Notes: generated from the letters alone by a model not told the origin. DNA of 64,000 bases from Candidatus Roizmanbacteria bacterium RIFCSPLOWO2_01_FULL_35_13 (GCA_001789635.1 MGAF01000026.1:5055-69054), one strand, 5' to 3'; positions 44,301 to 52,800 are shown, numbered from the stretch's first letter. Numbers and translations: made by a program.

Positions 44301-45857
44301 AATCAAAATACTTTTAATTCGGCTATTACCAAATATAAAGAAGAAGTCCGGAAAAGAGGAGAATCTTTAACTTCAATTGAACGTGAGTTGATTTATACAA
44401 AAACATTTCTAGAATTTTTTAAGGATGAATTATCTGAGCAGGAAATTTTGGAACATGATAGAGTTTCAGGTTTGATAATGGAAGCTAATGTAAAAAAGCA
44501 AGTAGAGATAATGAGCGAGTTGAATGGAAAAATTGATCAGTGGGAAGCTGAATCCGCAGAATCTTCAGTGACTCCGCCAAAAGTAGATAAAGAGAAATTA
44601 AAAGAAAAAATTAGAATAGTCAATCGTGATGTGTTTGAAAAAGCAGGAAAAAGGAGTAAAGAAGAGATGACTAAATTAGTTGACGAAGTTTCTAAGGCCC
44701 ATTATGAAATGCTTGTCCAGGGTAAGGGAAAAATAGGAAACACAATTGATGAAACAGAGAAAAAAGGTTATGAAAAAATAGTTTGTGAAGGATTTGTGAC
44801 ATATATTCCAAAAGGCGCAGGAGAGTTAGTTGTTGTTGGTGATTTGCATGGTGATTTTGCAGCTTTCGAAAAAATAATAAATAAAAATCAATTTGTAGAG
44901 AATATGGAGTCTGACTCTCCTTCAAAGGTAATTGTTTTTGAAGGTGATTATCTTGATCGCGGTGAAAAAGACGTACAACTAATGGAGGCTTTACTTGAGC
45001 TTAAGAAAAGATATCCAAATAATGTGGTTTTAATGAAAGCAGATCATGAAGTACGAAAAGGAGTAGTTAGCGATCAAACATATTTTGATAAGACAAAAAA
45101 ACAATACGGTGACGAAACGGTTTTTGATGAGTTGAATAATAAAATATTTAGTATTTTGCCTAGGGCCGTATTCTGTGGTAATGGGGTAGTTATGGCACAT
45201 GGTGGTCCTTTATATTACGATTTAGATTTAAGACAAATGGCGAGTCTTAGAGATAGTGGAGGAAATAATGTGGCTACTTCTGCTTTTGATGAGGTGATGA
45301 CCTGGGCAGATCCTCAACCAATGACAGATGCTGAAATTGATTTAATTCAAAAAGAAAGCCTCAAATATATAGAAGAGTTGGATAAGGCAATTCCTTTGGC
45401 ACAAGCTGCATCTGATAAAACTATAGATTTCCGCGGTCAAAAATGGGATCTAGATCACCTAGAAAGAATTAAGAAAAGAATTGAAACTGCCCCCAAAAAT
45501 GGATTTTGGTTTAATCCGAGAAGAGTTAATGTAAAAGGAAGAAAAGCAGATGTAATTGATGCGGCCTTGAATAATACAGTTATATATTCAGAACAAGGAT
45601 TAGAATATTTTTTAAATAAAGTTGGAGGTAAAGTATTAATTAGAGGTCATCAAGTAACAGAAAAAGTTAACGGTGGAAATCCTTTCTCAAAAAATATTTT
45701 GTGGACGATCCATTCAACAGGGGAAGGGAGCCCAGACAGTGCATATACAAGTCAGGATATGAGTGAGGAACTAAACCCAAGTTATGCAGTTTTTGACAGG
45801 AATGCAGATGTTGCTCTAATTGATCCGGCAAAGAATATAGTTCCAGTCTGGAATTGA
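38373..45857 (+). CDS. giant multidomain protein (2,494 aa) with a C-terminal PPP-family metallophosphatase domain
   Basis: Uninterrupted 7.5-kb ORF. C-terminal motifs GDLHG, GDYLDRG, ADHE (GNHE position), AHGG and RGH. Central hydrophobic hairpin. Confidence 0.85.
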   Translation: MGEPNFNQSGEITQPNLGKPENKFWINSKGEKIIAEKGKVPTLVDVFNHRYQQYEQKMKKLYEKAELAKQNPNDPEKQLTQREFLQLFKFENTKAGKREVLDKNKKIISLPLIDPNSPDPSNPLKIESQEGPAADGLIDFLKTEITPTQKDIQKVIEDLTFLDQNTEDFNKLHADKVKDPKFYKARLDFEAHAISEFRARMGLSPDKNLDWELAERILSERKELTFKVERNEPQKVEVIQAKEIPKVEKLTKSDVRKVFQESFAEYSKSMERLLKEPDPGRLTADERKRIEDYQETKKAWEDLQNNKRKEITWKDKRGIDHKTTQNIPIGGMIENLRDEIVNLQLKVNEIGSKDGKELDRLKKQIKKHEKNLSILEESSIPASRVKGSEKYTVTNPNDPQEHLNILLKNQRALKGKKVLILSEEDTAVKTAEKRSAASKRVKPAPSGQGVGLPAPITSDAARQQLEDISGKPPSTTESSEDLPPTVETGKPAPMPEVPELKTLAKKIRVSFVADDVTSEQNVAQVAQHLRAGDKPTFTGKDKWLMPLLHPVTYIKNAIQNTYLDNSFDHRETLFVMQMTQVGRKLAGLDASVSLNLKKEVVQEAKNKGKEIVKKATGWQGFKFGVRNFFASFLAPVQTAEMQQALQWFDQNGKQMIEQSKQISIASQTSLADRFSLEGKDENIISEKLGEKRYSLNTLIIDPTLQQTIQGQLKDFVKVYATTNLSDEDFIKKVNLYYHSDILKKIPPEKVKEIDGLQISQNLLRVAQEMKREPDVGRDEKKTLYQRYQDEKAWDDLELDIVVGKGRAEAVRGDIELSRSERNLLRLIQKRDYRTDPNVKAGAIYDETAINSQLGYTALYTASFLTGYGIGAAKFGRGTILKFFHFNPLITGIAATGLTAAAREGAIGSYKGKLYGLGGRTAKEYEQISRETAQGREAIAGANRRKEFESALMQQKSATELTEAINSFVNKEGELNEQDRKSLVMAIAHVKARMKLTDTSSIKEKGLLKVRMTQNLIGYTEDKRTEEFTQLTSSILQGLNRLGDSPEALDLDRAQSLMEAQLTVGSARQKVEMEVAQRLKINSAEAHELTDKYLETLNLHIGEDEKNVSMNRAANNLAKLSWKRFGTSLATTAIAAPILGLEAKLLYEGAANVFGTGVDIGQTIVTGEPAGIIKDVTTWKQDWDNVMDGEIPMKIDSTTGQVVSDLSPLEATLIKVENYFEPPILEKGHDVNIDGVTVRLPEHWEYRPVDLVGNDGVSDHDVIVDLREREVIVDLTGLTVYAKDTDGDGVQELVAYDKSGQTVTDFFESHGVNVKVGPVVTQTDIGTREMGETKESVHVVEQTETIAAFGPEGIFTNHSTEIGGGGSLGREWVSTLKDYKNPLYMWKDAEGNPVVDFTGMAGSEYKNTGVDINHPVGVDNFLGKLQERTGEAVGPGEHFGVVFSTANAHEGIAVVDGDNNGLIELKEGSADYSMKWDGAHYVKTQLDLEDLGKSLAANDEWNNLPPGRVYLENKELVNMDGLSQVNLLAPGQSGYGTIEVAKFGDNMTEDFNGVHPTLKVYSTVRGTGSLHDVVETEQVEVRDDDDAGERIPVEVEKKTTTFILEPSNKDETGEGSLDLDLRKIGKEISEGVGEWVDRNEGAIPLIPIVSRQNIEQSIGAAVAVARSATAEQPPAGGIDTEKDKKEKARWLAAQRELEQDLQKVKEDPTKKADFKDKWGVSSTDAEEDKKRTTDAYYVISHFGKDVKDKYEAEALKEESIEDQAFMQSMAQILDQNKTEMANVAQKIETENLDDSTPEGRTEIAEIVETESGKKIKKENFIHYLEIQNKIKQKAIERRAAEEKQMTEQVKKWETEPVESAESSVKPPQEDEEKKSDEVLKKEYFDRKNKALSDLADVKNNTMGIKEFEDKWGIQGQFEILSKANDDPRSFVKSIFIARELKRRFGRDQQDLVESQIVEQLPNERKNAYIKVEELFNNNQNTFNSAITKYKEEVRKRGESLTSIERELIYTKTFLEFFKDELSEQEILEHDRVSGLIMEANVKKQVEIMSELNGKIDQWEAESAESSVTPPKVDKEKLKEKIRIVNRDVFEKAGKRSKEEMTKLVDEVSKAHYEMLVQGKGKIGNTIDETEKKGYEKIVCEGFVTYIPKGAGELVVVGDLHGDFAAFEKIINKNQFVENMESDSPSKVIVFEGDYLDRGEKDVQLMEALLELKKRYPNNVVLMKADHEVRKGVVSDQTYFDKTKKQYGDETVFDELNNKIFSILPRAVFCGNGVVMAHGGPLYYDLDLRQMASLRDSGGNNVATSAFDEVMTWADPQPMTDAEIDLIQKESLKYIEELDKAIPLAQAASDKTIDFRGQKWDLDHLERIKKRIETAPKNGFWFNPRRVNVKGRKADVIDAALNNTVIYSEQGLEYFLNKVGGKVLIRGHQVTEKVNGGNPFSKNILWTIHSTGEGSPDSAYTSQDMSEELNPSYAVFDRNADVALIDPAKNIVPVWN

Positions 45858-45888
45858 CTTTAGTTAAAAATTTAATTATTCTATCAAT

Positions 45889-46401
45889 ATGGCAGATCAG
45901 AATCAAAATACACAACAGCCAAATCAGCAACCGAACCAATTGACAACCCAGCCGAGTGAGAGGGCGATCAAGGACCAGATTGCCTTGATAAGACACATTG
46001 ATGATCTAATCAAACTGAGGAATGATCCGCATGTTACACCGGAAAAGCTGCCGGCAGTCAAGACTCTGCTTCTCAAGGAGATTAACGAATGGATCAACAG
46101 GCATCTGATTACCAAGCTGGATGATCAAGGTCAGATCGAACTGGAAAAACTGTTGAATAGTAATGAGTCGGACGAAGAACTGGATAAATTTTTCAGCCAG
46201 AAAATTCCCAATCTCCAATCAGAAATTGCCTCGGTATTATTCAACTTCAGAACCGCATATCTATATCCGGTAAGAGAAAGAATAGCAGCAGAGGCTAAAG
46301 CAAAAACTGCTCAAAATCAAACAACCCAAAATAATGAAAGTTCTCAAAATGATTTTTCTGACGTAGGACCGCCTGCTCCTATTGTCAATAAGTCTAATTA
46401 A
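45889..46401 (+). CDS. hypothetical small helical protein with Q/N-rich ends
   Basis: ORF 31 bp after the giant gene. The core ..ELEKLLNSNESDEELDKFFSQKIPNLQSEI.. resembles small helical proteins I recall from CPR genomes; family unverified. Confidence 0.5.
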   Translation: MADQNQNTQQPNQQPNQLTTQPSERAIKDQIALIRHIDDLIKLRNDPHVTPEKLPAVKTLLLKEINEWINRHLITKLDDQGQIELEKLLNSNESDEELDKFFSQKIPNLQSEIASVLFNFRTAYLYPVRERIAAEAKAKTAQNQTTQNNESSQNDFSDVGPPAPIVNKSN

Positions 46402-46406
46402 GGGAT

Positions 46407-48401
46407 TTATTGTATTGTGACATCCAGTGTTTTATCTTTACTATTTATACTTAGATCCAGGTTTTTCAAGACTCTCCTACCTTTTATTTGTTTCTGTAAA
46501 TATAAACGAAGTTCTTCCTTTATTTTATATTTCCTTAAATTGTCTGCAACAAGACTTTGAAAGTTATCTGGTTGAACCGAAATACCAGAGGGCACTATAT
46601 CCTTATTATCATCAGAGTTTTTAAACTCAATATCTATACCGATATTTATAGGCATCAACAAAAATTTACCTTCAGCTCCGATTTTACCTTTTACTGTTCC
46701 CTTGCCTGAGTTACCAGATTGGTCTATCGCAAAATTTGTTTTTTTTATATCATCGGTAATTTGTGGATTAAATTTTTTAGCAGCGGGGTTTTTGGATTTT
46801 ACTGAATCTAATATTGCCTTAGGTAATAAATCAAGAAGCCCTGCTTCAGTTATTGAAATATTTTGGATTTCATCTGGTTGACCTTTATCTAAAATACCCA
46901 AAATTTCTTTTAAACTATTTATTTTTACTATTTTTGGTTTTTCAGCTAATGGTGTAGTTTCTAATTGCGTGGGTTTAGAAGTTGGTTGTTCGATTTTGGC
47001 AAATTGATCTGTACTATTAGTAGATACAGTTTTAAATGTTCCAGCCGGAACTTCATCTACTTCACTTTCGTCAACCACTTTTTGAAAATGCTCTTCACTT
47101 AAATAAAATTTATCGCCTTCTTTATCATAGTACAACCCCTGTTCAATAAGAAATTCTGGAGTAAGCTCAGGTTCATTATGATACGCATTATATTTTTTAC
47201 TAATTTCCGCAAGAGTATAACTAGGTATCCAATGGGCCTTTTGTTTTTTGAATTTATCAGCAAATAGATCTGATTGTTTTTGAATACTTTGTGTAGACGT
47301 TTCAGGCGTTATTGGTAATGAAAATTTAATGACTGGGAATCCATCATAGTTTGGAATTAATTCACCATGTTCTTCTGCTATTTTTTTATTTTCATCAGAC
47401 AAAGAGTTGTAATCAATAATAATATATCCGGTATGACCGATATCTTTAGCATTTGCTGAGGTAGATAATGTCCTTATATTTAAATCCCAAAAACGTTCAG
47501 CTGCAAAAACGAGTAGAGGCTCAACTAATTCCCTGATTTGTGACCGTTTTGTAATCATTAAATTTCTAGATTTTTCTATAGCTTTAATTTCTCCAAATGG
47601 AACATCTTTAAGTTCTTGTTTTATATTTTCAGGAATAGATTCTAATTCCAGATTGTCTTTTTTAGTAGTTTGAATTTCTTGAGCTTTTTTAAATAGTTTT
47701 TCTAGATGTGGTTTGTGGATATCTTGAACTGTATTAATTTCTTTATTAGCTTCTGTAACATATTTTTTTGGATCACCTTTGAAATTTATCCAGTGAGTTA
47801 TATATTTTTGGATTATTTCATCGCCTTCTTCACCGAAGAATTTGCGGCTGAAAAGTCTGATGCCATCGATGTCCCGGTTATATGCTTCAAAGTCGAAGTT
47901 GCCGCTGGAAGCATAACGTTCGATAATGTCATCGGCAAATACTTCATATTTTGTACCCTGGTTTACAACATCAAAATATTTTTTATAGTATGTTATTACT
48001 TGTTCAGTTGTAAAATCAGATGCTTCATCTAAACCCAAAAAATTTTGAATCTGTTTTTTTAGGGGTTTGATCCTATTAAATCTTTCAGAAGCGTCGCTTG
48101 CCCATTCTGTTACGGCCGTAGTAAGATGTTCGCTCGCTACACCATTTTTTTTACGTCTTTCGTCATCAGATACTTCATTTAAGATTTTTAAATTATATTT
48201 TTTGCGGTCAGTTTGAATATCCTGTTCTGTAATAGCCGCCACATCTTTTTTATTAGGATCTAAAATAGGGTGGAATTTATCGAAGTTACTTACCGTCAGA
48301 AGAATACGTGATCCAAGAGAATCGTATGAAGGTTGATAGAGTATTTCTTTAGCTTTTGGCTGAGCCGCCGGATTCTTTATTGTTACTGGTACTTCTTCCA
48401 T
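46407..48401 (-). CDS. hypothetical protein (664 aa), convergent on the operon end
   Basis: Long ORF; no motif, signal peptide or TM segment recognised. Confidence 0.6.
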   Translation of the reverse strand: MEEVPVTIKNPAAQPKAKEILYQPSYDSLGSRILLTVSNFDKFHPILDPNKKDVAAITEQDIQTDRKKYNLKILNEVSDDERRKKNGVASEHLTTAVTEWASDASERFNRIKPLKKQIQNFLGLDEASDFTTEQVITYYKKYFDVVNQGTKYEVFADDIIERYASSGNFDFEAYNRDIDGIRLFSRKFFGEEGDEIIQKYITHWINFKGDPKKYVTEANKEINTVQDIHKPHLEKLFKKAQEIQTTKKDNLELESIPENIKQELKDVPFGEIKAIEKSRNLMITKRSQIRELVEPLLVFAAERFWDLNIRTLSTSANAKDIGHTGYIIIDYNSLSDENKKIAEEHGELIPNYDGFPVIKFSLPITPETSTQSIQKQSDLFADKFKKQKAHWIPSYTLAEISKKYNAYHNEPELTPEFLIEQGLYYDKEGDKFYLSEEHFQKVVDESEVDEVPAGTFKTVSTNSTDQFAKIEQPTSKPTQLETTPLAEKPKIVKINSLKEILGILDKGQPDEIQNISITEAGLLDLLPKAILDSVKSKNPAAKKFNPQITDDIKKTNFAIDQSGNSGKGTVKGKIGAEGKFLLMPINIGIDIEFKNSDDNKDIVPSGISVQPDNFQSLVADNLRKYKIKEELRLYLQKQIKGRRVLKNLDLSINSKDKTLDVTIQ

Positions 48402-48572
48402 TAGGTTTTATTATTATCTTCTGATTTAGCTTTGTCAACCTTGGTTGATGGGATAGGTTGATTTTCTTCAGATTTTTTTCCTCCGGCACCGGTTCCGACC
48501 GATAAATCAAACTAATCCTGAATTTTTAGTTACTCTTGACATTTCGGTGGCTTTTATTTACCATTTCAGTAA

Positions 48573-49178
48573 ATGGACAAAATTATGCAATATCTGAAAT
48601 GGGATAAATTTAGGGATACCTTGCTGGATAAAGAAATACTTTATTTTAGTCTTTATGATTTAGAAACCTTATTCAAGGCGCACTCAAAAAGCCTTAGTAG
48701 ATTTATTTCGCGCAAAGCACAGGAGGGCAAGCTAACCCGGCTTAAAAAAAATTTATACTGCCTTTCGGAGAAGATACCCGGTGACTTCACTCTAGCCAAT
48801 ATTGTTTATCAACCATCCTATGTATCTTTGGAGTCGGCCCTTTCCCATTATTCGATTATTCCAGAATCTGTCTACGCCATTACCTCGATCACAACAAAAC
48901 CTACAAGGGAGTTTGGCATTACCGGAAGGAGTTTTTACTATCAGACTATTAAAAAGTCGGCTTTTTTAGGTTATGAGCCAACGGTTATCTTTAATGAGAC
49001 GGTTTTATTGGCCACAAAAGAAAAAGCTTTAGCTGATTATCTGTATTTTGTTAGCAGAGGGACAAAAAGTCCCAATGATAGAACAGATTGGAGAAGAGTT
49101 GATATAAACAAAGTCAAATCATATTTAAGAAAAGATTTTAATCTTGCAGAGTTAAAAATTCAAAAACTGATTCCGTGA
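48573..49178 (+). CDS. AbiEi-type antitoxin/transcriptional regulator
   Basis: N-terminal wHTH-like region (LSRFISRKAQEGKLTRLKKNLY). 4-bp overlap with the AbiEii gene. Confidence 0.65.
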   Translation: MDKIMQYLKWDKFRDTLLDKEILYFSLYDLETLFKAHSKSLSRFISRKAQEGKLTRLKKNLYCLSEKIPGDFTLANIVYQPSYVSLESALSHYSIIPESVYAITSITTKPTREFGITGRSFYYQTIKKSAFLGYEPTVIFNETVLLATKEKALADYLYFVSRGTKSPNDRTDWRRVDINKVKSYLRKDFNLAELKIQKLIP

Positions 49179-49879
49179 TTGATCGCGAGTTCATCAGAAG
49201 GTTAAGCGTAAAGTGGCAGACTTCGGAAACCAATGTTGCCAGAGAATATCTCCAGCATAATTTTTTAAGAATTTTTTACCAGCAAAAAAAGTCGCATCAA
49301 ATATTTTTTAAAGGCGGGACTGCTTTGCGATTGGTGTTTGATTCGCCTCGATTTTCCGAGGATCTTGATTTTAGTTCACTTGTGACATCGGTCAAAACAA
49401 TTGAGGATCTTCTAGGAGAAACGTTGCTTCAACTAAGTTATCAGCAGATAAGTTTAGATATGACAGAAGCAAAATCGACATCAGGCGGTTATCTATTTTA
49501 TGCAAAGACGATACTCTTTGATAAAGAAATAAATCTTAAACTTAATTTTGTCATAAAAAAAAGCGCAGCTAATCAAACGGAAACGGTTAAATCAATTTTC
49601 ATGTCGCCCTACAGTCTGGTTGTGTTAAGGACACGAGAGCTAATAAGCGAAAAGGTTGAGGCTTTTTTGACCAGACATAAGGTCCGGGATTATTTTGATC
49701 TTTATTATGTTCTGCGGGCGAATCTTGAACGTAACGTAATATTGGCACGACGCGTAGAGATTATCAAAGTTATAAATTCTTCAAAACTTAACTTGGGTGA
49801 ACTAAAAGTTTTTTTACCCCGAACTTTTCTGCTGCTGCTTAAAGATCTAAAAAATAGCTTGTTGCGAGAACTACGGTGA
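49175..49879 (+). CDS. AbiEii/AbiGii nucleotidyltransferase toxin
   Basis: FFKGGTALRLVFDSPRFSEDLDFS. Confidence 0.75.
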   Translation: MIDREFIRRLSVKWQTSETNVAREYLQHNFLRIFYQQKKSHQIFFKGGTALRLVFDSPRFSEDLDFSSLVTSVKTIEDLLGETLLQLSYQQISLDMTEAKSTSGGYLFYAKTILFDKEINLKLNFVIKKSAANQTETVKSIFMSPYSLVVLRTRELISEKVEAFLTRHKVRDYFDLYYVLRANLERNVILARRVEIIKVINSSKLNLGELKVFLPRTFLLLLKDLKNSLLRELR

Positions 49880-49892
49880 AGCCTGTTATTGG

Positions 49893-52800
49893 CTATTTTT
49901 TATTTTCATCCGGTTTTTTTGCTTCAGATTCTTCTCCGGCTGGATTTTGAGCATTTTCCCTAGTTGGTTTGCTTTCGGCAGATTTTTCTTCCGGTTCTTT
50001 TATTTCCATTTCTTCTTTCATCTCCATAACTTTTTCCTGTTCTTCGGCTTTGGGCTTATCAACATCGATAAATTCTTCCTCTTTCTTTTCTTCGACTTCT
50101 TCTTTTATTTCCTGTTCTTTTGTCTGAAGCTCTTCGACTTCTTTGGCGGCTTCGAGTTTGGCTTTCAGATAGACCATTAATTGTTCACCCTTCAAATTAT
50201 TAATTAAGAATATGGGTAGAATATAACCGATATCATCCAATCCCTGTTGTTTTATTTCAGGAGAATCCGAAACTAGTTTATTAAGAACATTAGTAATAAA
50301 GACAACATCCTGGCCGACCCATTGATCCCTGGATTTGATGATATCGGAAACAGGCACCTCGCCTCTGACATACTGGTCTTTCCACATTTTTTTAACCTGT
50401 TCATACTCATCAAGCGAGACAGAGGCCGGAACGGAAATCATAGATTCGACGTGTTTTTCCGGCTCAGTCACCATCGGTATCTGGTTATTGACGATTTTTT
50501 GCAGATCTTTTTCTTTAATATTTTCTTTTTGCAGAATCTGTCTCACGGTATCTTTGGAAGTCTTGAGGTTATTGACTGCAGTATTGATAACCCTGGTAAC
50601 TTTTTCTTTCTCAATACCTGTTTGAGTTGAGATATTATTGATTGAAGTCGACATTGGCTGGTTGATATTTTCCGTAAAGACGTTGAGAATTTTAGTTACC
50701 TGGCCAGCCTGCAGATTAGTCTGTTGTTCCAGTTGTTTGATAAACGTGCGATCGCTTGAGATGCTTGATAATAAAGTTTTCATTACTATTGTTGTTTTTT
50801 CAACCGGAAGTCCTGACTGAGATGCAATCATATTAACTACAGTTTCTTTTTCCCCAGTGGATGTAGAAGGTATGGCAGATAGTGTTGTTTGTATAACTTC
50901 CCTGACCTTTTCTTTCGTAACTCCAGTTTGGGTTGAGATATTGTTTATAGATGTCTCAAGTGGCTGATTGAGATTTTGAGTGTAGGTATTCAGAATATTG
51001 CTAATCTGGCTTATAGGAAGATTAGTTTGTTTCTCAATTTGTTTGACAAAGGTCTGGCTCTTTGAAACGCTGTTGATCATTGACTGAGTAATTGGAGCTT
51101 CTCTAGTTAATGATGTGGCAACAGTTGAGAGGATTTTTTCAACCCGTTCTACCGTAACCTGTTCTTTAACAGCAATATTATTAACAAGTTGCGACTGTCT
51201 TAGGTTGTTAACTGCGGTATTTATTACTTCTCTGACCTTTTCTTTCTCAACTTTAGTTTGAGAAGCAATATTGTTTACAGAAGTTGTTATAGGTTGGTTG
51301 ATGTTTTGAGTAAAGCTGTTAAGAATTGTTTTTACCTGGCTTGCCGGCAGATTAGTCTGTTTTTCCAGCTCTTTGACAAATGTATTATCAGTGGAAGCGT
51401 TTGATAACAGGGTTTTTGTTATAGAATTTACCTTTTCTACCGGGATTCCTGTCTGAGTTGAAATTGAAGTTGTAACTGTTTCTTTTTCATGATCAGTAAC
51501 TGCCGTAGAAATTGAGGAGAGGATTTTTTCAACATTTTGCGTTGTAACCTGTTCTTTTGTAGCAATTTTGTCAACCAGCTGGGATTGGCGAACGACATTA
51601 GTTGTGTTTTGAATAATACTTGAGACTTTTTCTTTGGTAACACCTGTTTGATTGGCTACATTTTGCAGTATGTTAGATACCGGCTGGGACATATTCTGAC
51701 TGAAAGAATTGAGCACTGACTGTACTTTTGTCTGAGGAGTCTGGGTAATCTGGGAGATTGATTGTGTCATATTATTATTGTTGGACACAGACTGCATAAA
51801 GGAAGAAGTCACTGACTGGACTTTTTCGGTCGGAATATTTACTTTGACCGATACAAGATGGGTTACCGGAACAGATTGAGTTGTTGTCTTTAGCATCTCT
51901 TCCCGTCTCTGCAGCTGTTCGACTTTTGAAGTGGAAATGGAAGAAAGAACCTGTTTGGCGGTTTTATCCTCTTTAACTGCCCGGCTGAACAGTTCGGATC
52001 TGATATTCATATATTTTTGCCGTTCGGTCGGGGTCTCGGCCTTCATCGGATTCTGCAGGAAATTAATATTTTTAGTTATGGTTTCGTTATTCTGTTTATT
52101 AGTCTCGAATCTGGCTATATCAGTAAGTTTGGACGCTGAGAATTGCATTGAGCGTGTAATATCTTCGGTCCTGGTTCTTTTGATTTCTTCGGTTGTTTCA
52201 AGTTTTGTTACAGTCCGCATCCGGTCGTCTCTGGGAATCTGCATGGCTGTTCCTGTAGACAAACCTGAAGGAGCAGGGATAGGAACCGGTCCCGGGCCAA
52301 ACGGAGTCGATCCACCCCGCATTTGGTCGTACATCGATAACAAAATATTTTTGGTTGCATAGATTCCGTCACAGCAGTAATCCCTGAAGATTCTTAGCAG
52401 CCACCACGGGAATATTGTAACCGCCCAAAGCATGACTAGTGCAATTATGTATTCGGCATAAGTATCCGTGTAGTTAGATGAGTTTAAAAGATCCAATTTT
52501 TGTGCAGGGCCTCCATAAAGAATATTAATAGTAGTGGGATAGACAAAGCCTTCTATCTTGTTGGCGCGGGAAAAATCAAAATTATAGGGAATATGAGATG
52601 GAGAGCCCCAAATTGCAGCGAGTCCCCCCAGGAATAGTCCAAAAAGAGGACCGTAAAAAACCCACTGGAAAAAGACTCCGATCCAGATCCATCCGGCATT
52701 CCTGATAAAAACAAAAGGCATGAGCAGGGCCAAAAATGGTGAAACAAAAAGCAGCAGCCAGAGAACCACTTTTCTTAAAATAAACATGATGCCGACCATA

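Noticed and set aside
38373-45857. Horizontal-transfer island inferred from an apparently higher GC content of the giant gene.
   Set aside because: Spot counts of single 60-nt lines gave about 47% GC in the giant gene, but also about 45% in copA, versus about 17% in a membrane-protein gene. The difference tracks protein type. I could not compute window statistics.
48402-48545. Small ORF upstream of the 664-aa gene (MSRVTKNSGLV* followed, in another frame, by ..GTGAGGKKSEENQPIPSTKVDKAKSEDNNKT* with TAATG overlap).
   Set aside because: It needs a frameshift to be a single peptide. The second frame has no start codon. It is too short and low-complexity to support.
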